The translations under genes were made by a program, and so were the position numbers. From the IMG/VR virus record IMGVR_UViG_3300030613_000016, positions 1 through 47,712 of that record: a DNA stretch of 47,712 nucleotides. One strand, 5' to 3'. How positions within the stretch are numbered: position 1 is the first letter of the stretch; each line of letters starts with the position of its first letter. Positions 37,083 through 46,633 of the stretch are shown in pieces. The notes under the pieces were generated by a model, which saw nothing but the letters and a program-made list of their open reading frames with translations, ran no database searches and had not been told where the DNA came from. Source of the DNA: a virus. Lineage: Duplodnaviria > Caudoviricetes.

Positions 37083-37525
37083 AAAAAGTAATTTATACTT
37101 CTGGAACTTATGATTTATTTCATTATGGGCATTTAAATATTTTTCTTAAAGCTAAAGCATTAGGAGATTATTTAATCGTAGGAGTTTCTACAGATGCACT
37201 TATTAAAAAATACAAAGGTATAAAACCTATTATTTCTTATAAAGACAGAGTAACTATTATTGAAGAATTAAAATGCGTAGATAAAGTAATAAAACAAGGA
37301 AAGTTTTTTGATGTAAACCAATTAAAAAAGTATAACATTTCAACTATTGTCTTAGGGGATGATTGGAAGGATAAAACTTTTCCCGAATTAGAAAAATGTC
37401 TCAAAAAATTAAATATTAAAATGATTTATGTGTCATATACTAAAAGATTATCAACATCTAAAATTAAAGAACAAATAATTCGCAATGCTGTAGAAATTAT
37501 TGCAGCACAAACTAAACGAAAATGA
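37073..37525 (+). CDS. glycerol-3-phosphate cytidylyltransferase-like (TagD family)
   Basis: GTYDLFHYGH, VGVSTD, GDDW, YT..LSTS.IK. Confidence 0.9.
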   Translation: MGLKKVIYTSGTYDLFHYGHLNIFLKAKALGDYLIVGVSTDALIKKYKGIKPIISYKDRVTIIEELKCVDKVIKQGKFFDVNQLKKYNISTIVLGDDWKDKTFPELEKCLKKLNIKMIYVSYTKRLSTSKIKEQIIRNAVEIIAAQTKRK

Positions 37526-38133
37526 ATTATAAAATAGCAATACTTATAACTACTTTTTTAAGAGATAATTTATTGTATAAAACCATACAAACAATTGTAG
37601 ATAATTATACAAAAGATTGTATAGTTCTTATTGCAGACCAGGGGTATGCAGATTCAGAAAAAGATATAATTATTGATTACTTTACTTCTCAAATACCCTT
37701 AGAGTATTATAAATTATCTTTTGATTGTGGATTAGGTTATGCTCGTAATTTTCTAGCACAAAAAGCATTTGAAATGGAAATTCCTTATAGTTTAGTTATG
37801 CCCGATTCTATTCAATTTACTGAAGTCTATAATTTTGGACAATTGTTCAATTTATTAGACAATAATACTCTTATTAGTTTTGGAATTGTTCCATTTAAAG
37901 ATGTTTTTATAGCCAAAACTAATGCCTTATTAAATCTTTGGGATGAAGAACTAAAAATTTGTGAACATGAATTTGCTTATTTTAATTATATTAAAAGAAA
38001 TTATAAAGTTGTTTATAATACAAATTTTATTTTTAAAAAAGTAAAATCTCGGTCTTCAGATGAGTACCAATCTTATTCTAAAAGAATTAAAGAATATAAG
38101 AAATTATCAGAGCAAAAACTTAAATGTATATAG
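37522..38133 (+). CDS. glycosyltransferase family 2-like
   Basis: ILITTFLR, IADQG, GLGYARN, WDEELK.CEH. Confidence 0.7.
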   Translation: MNYKIAILITTFLRDNLLYKTIQTIVDNYTKDCIVLIADQGYADSEKDIIIDYFTSQIPLEYYKLSFDCGLGYARNFLAQKAFEMEIPYSLVMPDSIQFTEVYNFGQLFNLLDNNTLISFGIVPFKDVFIAKTNALLNLWDEELKICEHEFAYFNYIKRNYKVVYNTNFIFKKVKSRSSDEYQSYSKRIKEYKKLSEQKLKCI

Positions 38134-38288
38134 GAAAATCGTTATTAGTGAAACACGAAGATAAGATAATGAAGGGAATAGTTACCAAAATATATAATGA
38201 AGATTTAGATATTAAATTAGAAGATGAAACTATTATCCAGAGAAAATTCTGGGAAATAAGGATAATTCCTGATGAAAAAAAAGAATAA
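38124..38288 (+). CDS. small SH3-like hypothetical protein (not in ORF track)
   Basis: MYIGKSLLVKHEDKIMKGIVTKI..., overlapping both neighbours. Confidence 0.45.
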   Translation: MYIGKSLLVKHEDKIMKGIVTKIYNEDLDIKLEDETIIQRKFWEIRIIPDEKKE

Positions 38289-38964
38289 AAAAGAAAAAAT
38301 AAAAGAAATAAAATTAGTCGATATAACCAAAATACGGTTTTCTCCAGAATTTGAATTTGAGATGCCTAATGAAAAAATCTCAGAAAAATTAATTGAACGT
38401 GGGAGAACTCTTAAAGGTTGGGAATTGAAAAATGATGGAAGTTTAAACTCAGGTATAGAAATCAGTCCTGAAAATAATAATCATCTTTTTTATAACAAAG
38501 ACTCCTTAATGCAAATTAAAGAAATATTAGCATTGGTTAGAGTTTATCGTGGAAAAGCCTTACCAACTTGTGGATTACATATTCATGTATCAACAAAATC
38601 TATGTCAGACAAACAAATATTAAATTTAATTAAAGAATGGGTTCATCGCCAAAAATTTATTATTAAAAGATTTGGCACATCTAAATTACGTCTCGAAGAA
38701 ACATGTAAATTATTACCCAAAAATGAATTGCATAAATTAACTGAAAAAGAAATACATCAATTTAGAAATAATTTGAGAACATCATTTCAGTCATACGGAT
38801 ACCTTGACGAAAAATATTACAGTCTTTCAGCAATTCATTTACCAAAAAATGATTACGGAACATTGGAATTTAGATGTTTTGAAAGTACTACCAATTTTAA
38901 AGAAATAAAATCTATTATTTATTTTGTTTTGAATTTTGTTCAGGAGGCACTTGAACGTGAATAA
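38272..38964 (+). CDS. putative amidoligase (COOH-NH2 ligase type 2)
   Basis: EFEFE, WELKNDGSL, EISP, TCGLHIHVS, TLEFR. Confidence 0.8.
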   Translation: MKKKNKKEKIKEIKLVDITKIRFSPEFEFEMPNEKISEKLIERGRTLKGWELKNDGSLNSGIEISPENNNHLFYNKDSLMQIKEILALVRVYRGKALPTCGLHIHVSTKSMSDKQILNLIKEWVHRQKFIIKRFGTSKLRLEETCKLLPKNELHKLTEKEIHQFRNNLRTSFQSYGYLDEKYYSLSAIHLPKNDYGTLEFRCFESTTNFKEIKSIIYFVLNFVQEALERE

Positions 38965-38966
38965 TT

Positions 38967-39344
38967 ATGTATAAAATAACTTTTGAAGATAATACAGAAT
39001 TTATAGGGGGCACCTTATATAATAGTAACTGGAATAAAATTATAAATATCCCTATAAAAAAATTAGAATATTATTTATTAGGCAAAGTTATTATCTTAGA
39101 AAATTTTGAACTTTATAATCATTTAATAGAACGAATAAGTATTATAAATATTAATCAAGAGATTATTAGTAAACTGATTCTAATGGGTAAAAAAGAAGAA
39201 ACTATAATTACTTATACTTATGATTTTATAAAAAAGAATGGATATTTTGGAAGTGAAATATTTGGAAGAGAATATTTAGAGAAGGCAACTACGGGATGGA
39301 AAAAAGGAATACCGCATCAAAATCCTACCTTTAAAATTCTATAA
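38967..39344 (+). CDS. hypothetical protein
   Basis: Last + strand ORF; its end overlaps the convergent gene. Confidence 0.6.
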   Translation: MYKITFEDNTEFIGGTLYNSNWNKIINIPIKKLEYYLLGKVIILENFELYNHLIERISIININQEIISKLILMGKKEETIITYTYDFIKKNGYFGSEIFGREYLEKATTGWKKGIPHQNPTFKIL

Positions 39345-39893
39345 ATAAAATTCCATATTAGATAAACTTATTAAAGCCTTAACTTGCATAGGAAATACTT
39401 TATATTCTACATCTTGAGTTCTAATTATAGAAATACCAATTACTAAAGTAATATTTTTTGCAATATTATTTTCAATTTGTTTAACTTCAAAAAAATATCC
39501 TTTTCGTAATCTATCATTTTTTGCATTTTGAAATAACCCAGAAGTAGCAATAAAAAATAAAGTAGAAACCCAATCAGGAGATTTATATAAAATTTGTACA
39601 TCAATAAACGGTAAAAATTTAATAGGCATATCAGGTAAATCCATTCTAATTTCTTTATACATAGTAGTTTCATAAGTATTTTCAGTCCAGTCTTCTGTAG
39701 AAAAAATATCCATATCTAACCAATCTGTAGAATAATCTCTAATTTTCTTTTTAAGATTATTAACGTATTCTGTATTTTTAACTAATTTGGTAGTATTGGT
39801 AATATTTCCATCTAAATTATCTATAGTTTGTTCATTAGATGTTTCCTGATTATATATTTTCCTAATTTTAGATTTTGTATTTTCTGCTTTCAT
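39339..39893 (-). CDS. probable virion/tail protein, paralog family A
   Basis: N-terminus KIRKIY..ETSNE...YSTDWL shared with 41307-41753. Confidence 0.55.
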   Translation of the reverse strand: MKAENTKSKIRKIYNQETSNEQTIDNLDGNITNTTKLVKNTEYVNNLKKKIRDYSTDWLDMDIFSTEDWTENTYETTMYKEIRMDLPDMPIKFLPFIDVQILYKSPDWVSTLFFIATSGLFQNAKNDRLRKGYFFEVKQIENNIAKNITLVIGISIIRTQDVEYKVFPMQVKALISLSNMEFYL

Positions 39894-40251
39894 ATTGTCC
39901 TCGATTATTAATATAATGTATAATTACCATTAAATCAGTAGGATTACCATAAAAAGAATCGGTACTTAAATTAGTAGTGTCTGTTTCTATATATAAACTT
40001 ATATTAAAATAAATTTTATATTTTTCTGGAGAAGATTCTTTTGATATTTTTTTAAAAGATAAGATTATAAAATTATTTTCTAATTCTGGAAAATATCCTG
40101 GACTATTGTGATGAGTCAATCCATAAGAATGTAAAGTATCTCCTGCCTTCGGTGTTACTAATAAACATACTCTAATAGAAGATAATAATTCCTCTTTTAT
40201 AGTTAATGTGGTTTCAAATGGATAAGTTATAACTGTTTGTCTTTTATTCAT
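39868..40251 (-). CDS. hypothetical (virion-module) protein
   Basis: Coupled ORF in the - strand block. Confidence 0.5.
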   Translation of the reverse strand: MNKRQTVITYPFETTLTIKEELLSSIRVCLLVTPKAGDTLHSYGLTHHNSPGYFPELENNFIILSFKKISKESSPEKYKIYFNISLYIETDTTNLSTDSFYGNPTDLMVIIHYINNRGQYESRKYKI

Positions 40252-40258
40252 TTTATTT

Positions 40259-41338
40259 TTATGGAAATATTACCCAATAAGTTTTTGTAATTGGTGTAAA
40301 AAAATGAGAATCGCTATTACTTTCTCCTGGATAAGCAATAACACTAGTAGTACCAAATTCATTAATACTGACTGAAGCCTGTGCAGGAGAAATTACATGA
40401 TAATCTACTAAATCCCATCCTGGAGGAACAGAAATAATTGGCATAGAAGCAGAAACAGAAACATTAATTCCAGAAGTAGAAGCTAATACATCAAGTGAAG
40501 CGTCTCCTAAATACAATATACCATAATATGTCCATCCTGGGTCGCCATAATGTGCAACATATATAAGTACACATCCCTGACTTAAAATAAAATATATGGG
40601 GGTATCATAATCTGATATATGATGATTAACACCTGTATACCATCTACATTGATTACTATCATAAGCAGCATAATATAAATCTGGATATGATAAAGCTAAA
40701 TGATAATTCCATTCAGGATTGGGGGGGAGGGAAATACTAAAATTAAATTGATTACTATATACTGCATTTGGTACATAAGTTTGTCTATAACTATCTGAGG
40801 GTAATTGATAACTATATTCTGTATTAGGAGGAATAGGAAAAAATTCATAAGTAGAAAAAGTAATAGGACTTCCAAAATTACCCCATCTATTATAACTCGT
40901 CATAAAAGGTCTCGCTATTAAAGTATAAGATTTATCATAATCCATAATTGCTTGCACATCAGTATCTGAAGAAATGTCATAATACCAACCTTCATACTCT
41001 ATATAAGTACAAATTACTCTTTTATTAACAGTAGCCCCATCATTTCTAGTTAATATAAAATTAATATATTGTTCATTAAATTTAAAATCAATATAGTTAC
41101 ATCTGCAAGTTAAAGTTCCATCTATAGGTAAATCGATAACTCCATTCCAAAAACCTACATAATTGGGAATTTTTATTTCTGTTGAAGGAGTTATTAAAGA
41201 TTTCGATTTTTTAAAGAAATTATTAGGAGAAGTTTTTAAAGAATCATTTTTTTTCTTGTTTAATTCTTCTGTATTTTTTTGAGATTTCTCCCATAATTTA
41301 TTTATTTTATTCTTTTCTTGTTCGTATTTCATAAGCAT
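40259..41338 (-). CDS. probable tail/receptor-binding protein
   Basis: Family A-like N-terminus, then an aromatic/Pro/Ser-rich beta domain. Confidence 0.45.
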   Translation of the reverse strand: MLMKYEQEKNKINKLWEKSQKNTEELNKKKNDSLKTSPNNFFKKSKSLITPSTEIKIPNYVGFWNGVIDLPIDGTLTCRCNYIDFKFNEQYINFILTRNDGATVNKRVICTYIEYEGWYYDISSDTDVQAIMDYDKSYTLIARPFMTSYNRWGNFGSPITFSTYEFFPIPPNTEYSYQLPSDSYRQTYVPNAVYSNQFNFSISLPPNPEWNYHLALSYPDLYYAAYDSNQCRWYTGVNHHISDYDTPIYFILSQGCVLIYVAHYGDPGWTYYGILYLGDASLDVLASTSGINVSVSASMPIISVPPGWDLVDYHVISPAQASVSINEFGTTSVIAYPGESNSDSHFFTPITKTYWVIFP

Positions 41339-41753
41339 CTCCAGGATTTATTACGATAATATTAGTCTTGAAAAACATACCATAAATAATAGAATAAATA
41401 TCAACAAAAATTTCTAAAACATATTTATTTTCATATTCTCTTATAATATAATACCATTTAGGAATACAATTCAAATAATTATCTGTACTTATTAATCCAT
41501 CTGAGGTTTTAAAAATTCCTACTACTTTTAAATTAGAAATAAATTCTTCAGGGAAATCTTTTAATTCTATAGAAATATATCCATCCCAAGAAACTCCAAT
41601 TTGTAACCAATCTGTGGTATATTCTTTTTTATTTTTAGAATAATTTATAGATAAAGTTTTTATTCTAACTTCTTTTAATTTTTCTATATTATCTTCATTA
41701 GTAGTAGTTTTATCAAAAATTTGTCTAATTTTTTTATAATGTGATTGTGCCAT
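41307..41753 (-). CDS. probable virion/tail protein, paralog family A
   Basis: KIRQIF..TTTNE...YTTDWL. Confidence 0.55.
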   Translation of the reverse strand: MAQSHYKKIRQIFDKTTTNEDNIEKLKEVRIKTLSINYSKNKKEYTTDWLQIGVSWDGYISIELKDFPEEFISNLKVVGIFKTSDGLISTDNYLNCIPKWYYIIREYENKYVLEIFVDIYSIIYGMFFKTNIIVINPGDAYEIRTRKE

Positions 41754-41754
41754 T

Positions 41755-44700
41755 TTAATCTATATAACCTTCTTTTGGTAAATCAAATTTACTTCTTATT
41801 TTAGATGCTACTTCTGGTAAAATTTCTGGTTCTACTGGTAATGTAGCATCTATAGCATCTAATTCTGAATTAGACCATTCGTTATCAATTCTAAGGTCTA
41901 CTTTCATTGCCCCAGAATCTATAACCATGCTTTTTATACTTAATGGGAATCCATTAGAATTTGCATAAATTCCAGATTCTGTAGTGTTTACTATATTAAT
42001 TCTATTTAATAATTTTATATTATAATACAAAAATGCATCTATTGTTAAAGTTATAGAAGCCGAAGTACGAGGTAAAACTTGACCATTAATATTTTGTATT
42101 TTTTTATATTCTGTAGCAGCAACTTTTTTAGAATAAGCAATAAAATTATAACGTTCCGGTAAAACATCATATAAACCATCTGCTCTATCTTCCCATCTAT
42201 ATGAAACTATATGTGCACCATTTTTAACACTTATTTCTTTATATGGTGGACTTCCTAGAGTATAGTTTCCTAAATCAATTATAACATCATCCCACATTAT
42301 TTGTTTATAATATCCAATACCTGTGCTTTCGTATGTATCACTATATATGGGTGCTAAACTAGTTCCTATATATTCGGTACCAAACGACCAATTGGTAATA
42401 AAATTATTTCCTTTTACTAACCAAAAATAAGTATAATTTTGTTCAGGAATAAATTCCTCAAAATCTTCTGGAGACATACTTGCATAAGTCATATCTTCTC
42501 TCCATGCAGCACTTACTTTTTCGTAAGTACCCAAATCAATAATTATACCTTTATAAAATTCAGGATTTTCTTCTGCTGGGTCTATATAAGGATTATTTAT
42601 TGTTATATCATTTATTAATACATGATAGGGATGTAATTGTTCATTTAAACTAGGCAAAGATAAAGAAATAGCAGTAGTATCTTGTGCATATTCATCTCCT
42701 TTAGCATGAACAGTAACAGATTCATTAGAACTAGAACAATCTAAACTATTTATTTTTCCATTAAATATTAAAATTCCTTTTATAGAAATAGTTACTACAT
42801 TATTATTAGTTATTTGATTATAAACTCCTTCTAAAGTATAATTTAATCTGTCATGTTTTCTTGTTAAAGTAAATTCTGCTTGAGATTTTTCATCTGCATT
42901 TAAAGTTATTCTTACAGAAGTTTGAATAAAATCAGTAATACTTGCACCATTAATAGTAATGGTAAAATCATTGGCAGAAACTAAATTATCTGGAACACTT
43001 ATATATTCTACTAAATTAAATCTTAAATCTGTTTTTACTGTATCTTTTTTCAATAATAAAAATCTAAAATCAGTATTTATTACTTTTTTGAACACAAAAC
43101 TTAATACATTACTTATTATTTTTGTAAATCTTTTTAAAAATACAAAATGAGTATCTACTGTATTTATGATAGCATTATCAATTAAATAAAATTCATAATT
43201 AGAATTGTTAGTACCTGCATATAATTTATCAAATTCAGGATAATTATCTAAAGTTATAATATTATCAGAATCAGATACATCTATCTCTGTATCAATTAAA
43301 GTATTTATATCTACTTTTACTATTTTTCCACTATCACACCCTAAGAAAAATTTTTCCATTGTAGAATTAATAATAAGACAATTAGCATTATTATATAAAC
43401 TTAATATATATGTATCCCAACCAACTATATCATCTCCTGTTATATCTACTACAACATATTTTACTGGACTAGTTCCACAAGAAATGTATAATTTATTATC
43501 ATAATATTTTATATCGGTTCCATATTCTGCTGGAATAACTATTTTACTATCTGATAATATTGTTTTTTGTCCTCCCAATACTTTTATTTTTGCATCCGAT
43601 AAAATAGTTTTAATTTGTTTGTAAATAATTTTAGCATCAGATGTTATAGTTTTTTGTATATCTATTATCTTAATTTTAGCATCGGATAAAATAGTTTTTT
43701 GTTCACCAAATATTTTTATTTTAGCATCTGAAAGAATTTCTTTTTGAACTGTAGAAGTAATAATAGCATCAGATGTTATAGTTTTTTGTATATCTATTAT
43801 CTTAATTTTAGCATCGGATAAAATAGTTTTTTGATAAACAGTACTAGAAACTATGTATCCCGTATAAGATACCGTTGCTTTGCTTGCTCCTGGTGCTAAA
43901 ACAGATTCTGATTGTAATGTATCTAATAAATCTGCGTCTGAAACAGAAACATCTGCTGTTGAATTTCCTATTTTTCCAGTAGTTGAGATAGTAACTGTAA
44001 GAACCTGAGAACTTGCATTTTTTCGTAATGTAAATGTCCTACTTCTTGAAGCCCCTGGTGCTGCGGACAAAATAACATAAAGATTTTTTAAAGTAAACGC
44101 TGAAAAAATCTGATTAACATTAGATTCAGTTGCATTAGAATTATTTGTGCTACATAACCCGAAATAATTATCTTTAATTAAATTTTCTGTGCTTGATATA
44201 TAACCTAATATAAATTGTCCTGCTGTATCTGGAAGAAAAGTTAGACCTGCACTAACCTTTGGATTAGTGGCAGATGTTTTTGTAAGTTTAATTGAAACTG
44301 TATCCCCTGCTGCAACTGTAAAGCTATTTACAGTATCGTTTCCAGTAGTAGCAGCTCCACTTATAGTAACCGTCAATATTTGAGGATTCTCATTCTTATA
44401 TACTGTATAGACAAAGTCTTGAGTAGGTGCATTACTAACCTTTATAAATAAATTCTTTATAGTTCCAGCACAGGGAACCACCATATAAACGTTTGCCTCT
44501 ATAGTGCTATTGGCATAACATATTGCAGGAAAAAATTGATTATTTGCCATATTGACACCATTGGAGTTAGATAGTAAAATTGTTTCCCCTGAAGTGGTAG
44601 GAGTAAAACTTATTTCCCAAAAGACAGCAACTGCGGTAGGAGAATTTATGGGTTTTACTTCTATTGTAATTGCATCTCCTGCTGCAACAGATATTTCATT

Positions 44701-44970
44701 TGATAAATCACTTCCTGTTGTAGCAGAATCTGCAATATTTACTGTTAATAATTGAACTGTTCCATTTTTATATAAAGTAATATCATAACTTTTACTCGCC
44801 CCTGGAGCACTCGATAATTTTATTTTTAAATTTTTTAAAATACCAGATGTAGAAATCAAACCTTGCGATATTGATTCAGTTGTTTGTGCTCCTACTCCAC
44901 CATAAGGTAGATAATAATTTGTTACAGTAGAAGAAGCATTTGCAACACCTGTTATTAATTGAACTGACAT
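41755..44970 (-). CDS. large modular tail/baseplate protein
   Basis: Three ~125-aa beta-rich repeats, KTILSDAKI repeats, propeller-like segment, C-terminal hub-like region (AEFTL...IFNGKI). Confidence 0.65.
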   Translation of the reverse strand: MSVQLITGVANASSTVTNYYLPYGGVGAQTTESISQGLISTSGILKNLKIKLSSAPGASKSYDITLYKNGTVQLLTVNIADSATTGSDLSNEISVAAGDAITIEVKPINSPTAVAVFWEISFTPTTSGETILLSNSNGVNMANNQFFPAICYANSTIEANVYMVVPCAGTIKNLFIKVSNAPTQDFVYTVYKNENPQILTVTISGAATTGNDTVNSFTVAAGDTVSIKLTKTSATNPKVSAGLTFLPDTAGQFILGYISSTENLIKDNYFGLCSTNNSNATESNVNQIFSAFTLKNLYVILSAAPGASRSRTFTLRKNASSQVLTVTISTTGKIGNSTADVSVSDADLLDTLQSESVLAPGASKATVSYTGYIVSSTVYQKTILSDAKIKIIDIQKTITSDAIITSTVQKEILSDAKIKIFGEQKTILSDAKIKIIDIQKTITSDAKIIYKQIKTILSDAKIKVLGGQKTILSDSKIVIPAEYGTDIKYYDNKLYISCGTSPVKYVVVDITGDDIVGWDTYILSLYNNANCLIINSTMEKFFLGCDSGKIVKVDINTLIDTEIDVSDSDNIITLDNYPEFDKLYAGTNNSNYEFYLIDNAIINTVDTHFVFLKRFTKIISNVLSFVFKKVINTDFRFLLLKKDTVKTDLRFNLVEYISVPDNLVSANDFTITINGASITDFIQTSVRITLNADEKSQAEFTLTRKHDRLNYTLEGVYNQITNNNVVTISIKGILIFNGKINSLDCSSSNESVTVHAKGDEYAQDTTAISLSLPSLNEQLHPYHVLINDITINNPYIDPAEENPEFYKGIIIDLGTYEKVSAAWREDMTYASMSPEDFEEFIPEQNYTYFWLVKGNNFITNWSFGTEYIGTSLAPIYSDTYESTGIGYYKQIMWDDVIIDLGNYTLGSPPYKEISVKNGAHIVSYRWEDRADGLYDVLPERYNFIAYSKKVAATEYKKIQNINGQVLPRTSASITLTIDAFLYYNIKLLNRINIVNTTESGIYANSNGFPLSIKSMVIDSGAMKVDLRIDNEWSNSELDAIDATLPVEPEILPEVASKIRSKFDLPKEGYID
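43632..43833. repeat. 70-bp exact direct repeat (43632-43701 and 43764-43833) in a coding repeat array
   Basis: tagcatcagatgttatag...aaaatagttttttg occurs twice, 132 bp apart. Confidence 0.85.
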
Positions 44971-44971
44971 T

Positions 44972-45385
44972 TTAATCTCCTAAAATCCAATTACCTTCTG
45001 AATCTATTATTAAAATTATTTTATGATTTCTTTTTTCAGAATCTTGCCATTGTATACCTAAATGATACTCTATTTTATGACTTTTTTCTTTTCCATTAAT
45101 AGACATTTTTATTTGGTGTCTACGGAAATGAATTAATCTTGGATTATTTTTATTCTTTGGATAAATATTTATCAATTGTTTAAAAGAATTAGTAATTAAT
45201 CCCTTTTCTAAATCAACAATAAATTGGATATTTTTTTCTTTAAAATCTAATATAAAATATTTTAATTCTGCTAATTTATCCAAAATAATTTTAAATCTAT
45301 TTTCTGAATTATCTTCATTAAATTGATTAATTTTCGTTCCATCTTTAAAGATGGCTAGCCACATTGGTTTATTCATATTTATCAT
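44972..45385 (-). CDS. hypothetical protein
   Basis: WLAIFKDG..INQF; RLIHFRR; YHLG. Confidence 0.6.
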   Translation of the reverse strand: MINMNKPMWLAIFKDGTKINQFNEDNSENRFKIILDKLAELKYFILDFKEKNIQFIVDLEKGLITNSFKQLINIYPKNKNNPRLIHFRRHQIKMSINGKEKSHKIEYHLGIQWQDSEKRNHKIILIIDSEGNWILGD

Positions 45386-46043
45386 TTTTTTTCATATTAT
45401 CTTTAGCCCAGAGGGGTTGTAAATTGATATAATGAAAGCATTTGCGTTGTTCTTCGGGTTTACTTAAATCAAATGAGGCACAAGGTCTTATATGGTCAAT
45501 ATGCCATTTGCCATAATTATTCCAAAACATGCCTAGTTGAAACTTAGATTCTAAATGCTTTTTTAATTTATCAATAGAACATCCTACTAACTTCATAGTA
45601 GTAGATAATTTAGGATTACCTTTAAGTGCTGAACGAATTCTATTACTTATATACCATTTAACTTTAAAATGAATATTATTCTTGCGTTTATTATTCCAAT
45701 ATTTATTATAATGTTCTCTATTTAATTTTTTATATTTACAATCTTTAATTCGCAATTGTTCTTTATACTTTTTTCTATAAATTTGTTGATATTCTTTATT
45801 TTTTTCTTTATGATTTTCTTGATATAATTTTTGGTATCTTTTCATTTTAATTTTATGTAATTCTCTATATAATTTCATTTGTTTTAATAATTTTTTTCGA
45901 TTTTTTTTATAATATTTTTTTAATCTTTCTCTTACTTCTTTCTTATGAGTTACTTTATATTTCTTATCATATCTTTTTTTCTTAATAGGATGAAGTTTTA
46001 TATATTTTTTATAATACTCTAATTTTTCTTTTTTAGTTTTCAT
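45369..46043 (-). CDS. HNH homing endonuclease (same family as 11251-11853)
   Basis: WHIDHIRPCASFDLSK...NLQPLWAKDN. Confidence 0.9.
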   Translation of the reverse strand: MKTKKEKLEYYKKYIKLHPIKKKRYDKKYKVTHKKEVRERLKKYYKKNRKKLLKQMKLYRELHKIKMKRYQKLYQENHKEKNKEYQQIYRKKYKEQLRIKDCKYKKLNREHYNKYWNNKRKNNIHFKVKWYISNRIRSALKGNPKLSTTMKLVGCSIDKLKKHLESKFQLGMFWNNYGKWHIDHIRPCASFDLSKPEEQRKCFHYINLQPLWAKDNMKKNDKYE

Positions 46044-46140
46044 TTTAATAAAGACAGAGAGTATTTATTGTATTAAATCTCTCAAATATTTTTTGATATT
46101 GAATTATCATTTACATAACCTATTGATATTATTAGAGTTA

Positions 46141-46614
46141 TCACACTTCATCATACTGAAACAATATAGTTTTCTGAAAAACACTACCTGCTGGTGTTGA
46201 ACCTGTAGTCTGAATCTGTAATCTCAGGTATTTTGTATAACCTGGAGCTACAATAGTTCCACTTCCATCTGCTGCTTGAATTGATAATGCTGAACCTTCA
46301 ACTAATGGAATATCACCATCGGCATTAGGTGTTTCAGATGGTGTTGCAAAGGCTACATTCGCTACTGCTTTTAATGCTTCTCCTGTTTTATAACCTAAAA
46401 CATCAGAACGCCATAACTTCATATTTGAAATTTCAGTAAAAGTATCACTAAACTTAGCCCTGATGTATTTTTCAAAAGAAGCATCACCTCTAGTAATAGG
46501 ATAAGTAGCAGTATTTAATTCATGGTCATCAACAGAACCAAAATTTAAATTCGTTATCCCATCTTGAACTACTTCTGTTAAATTGCTTTCTGAGAACGCA
46601 TGTGTGGCTGACAT
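46141..46614 (-). CDS. probable virion structural protein
   Basis: Strong SD AGGAGGTG; NFGSVD, SFEKYIR, FQYDE. Confidence 0.6.
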   Translation of the reverse strand: MSATHAFSESNLTEVVQDGITNLNFGSVDDHELNTATYPITRGDASFEKYIRAKFSDTFTEISNMKLWRSDVLGYKTGEALKAVANVAFATPSETPNADGDIPLVEGSALSIQAADGSGTIVAPGYTKYLRLQIQTTGSTPAGSVFQKTILFQYDEV

Positions 46615-46633
46615 TTTTTATTCACCTCCTTTT

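Noticed and set aside
40259-41338. Diversity-generating retroelement target
   Set aside because: No reverse transcriptase and no template/variable repeat pair were seen.
43540-43835. CRISPR-like repeat array
   Set aside because: The repeats are in-frame protein repeats without unique spacers, and no cas genes are present.
46050-46140. GAGAG...CTCTC hairpin upstream of the - strand HNH as a translational repressor
   Set aside because: Weak AT-rich stem that cannot be distinguished from chance by eye.
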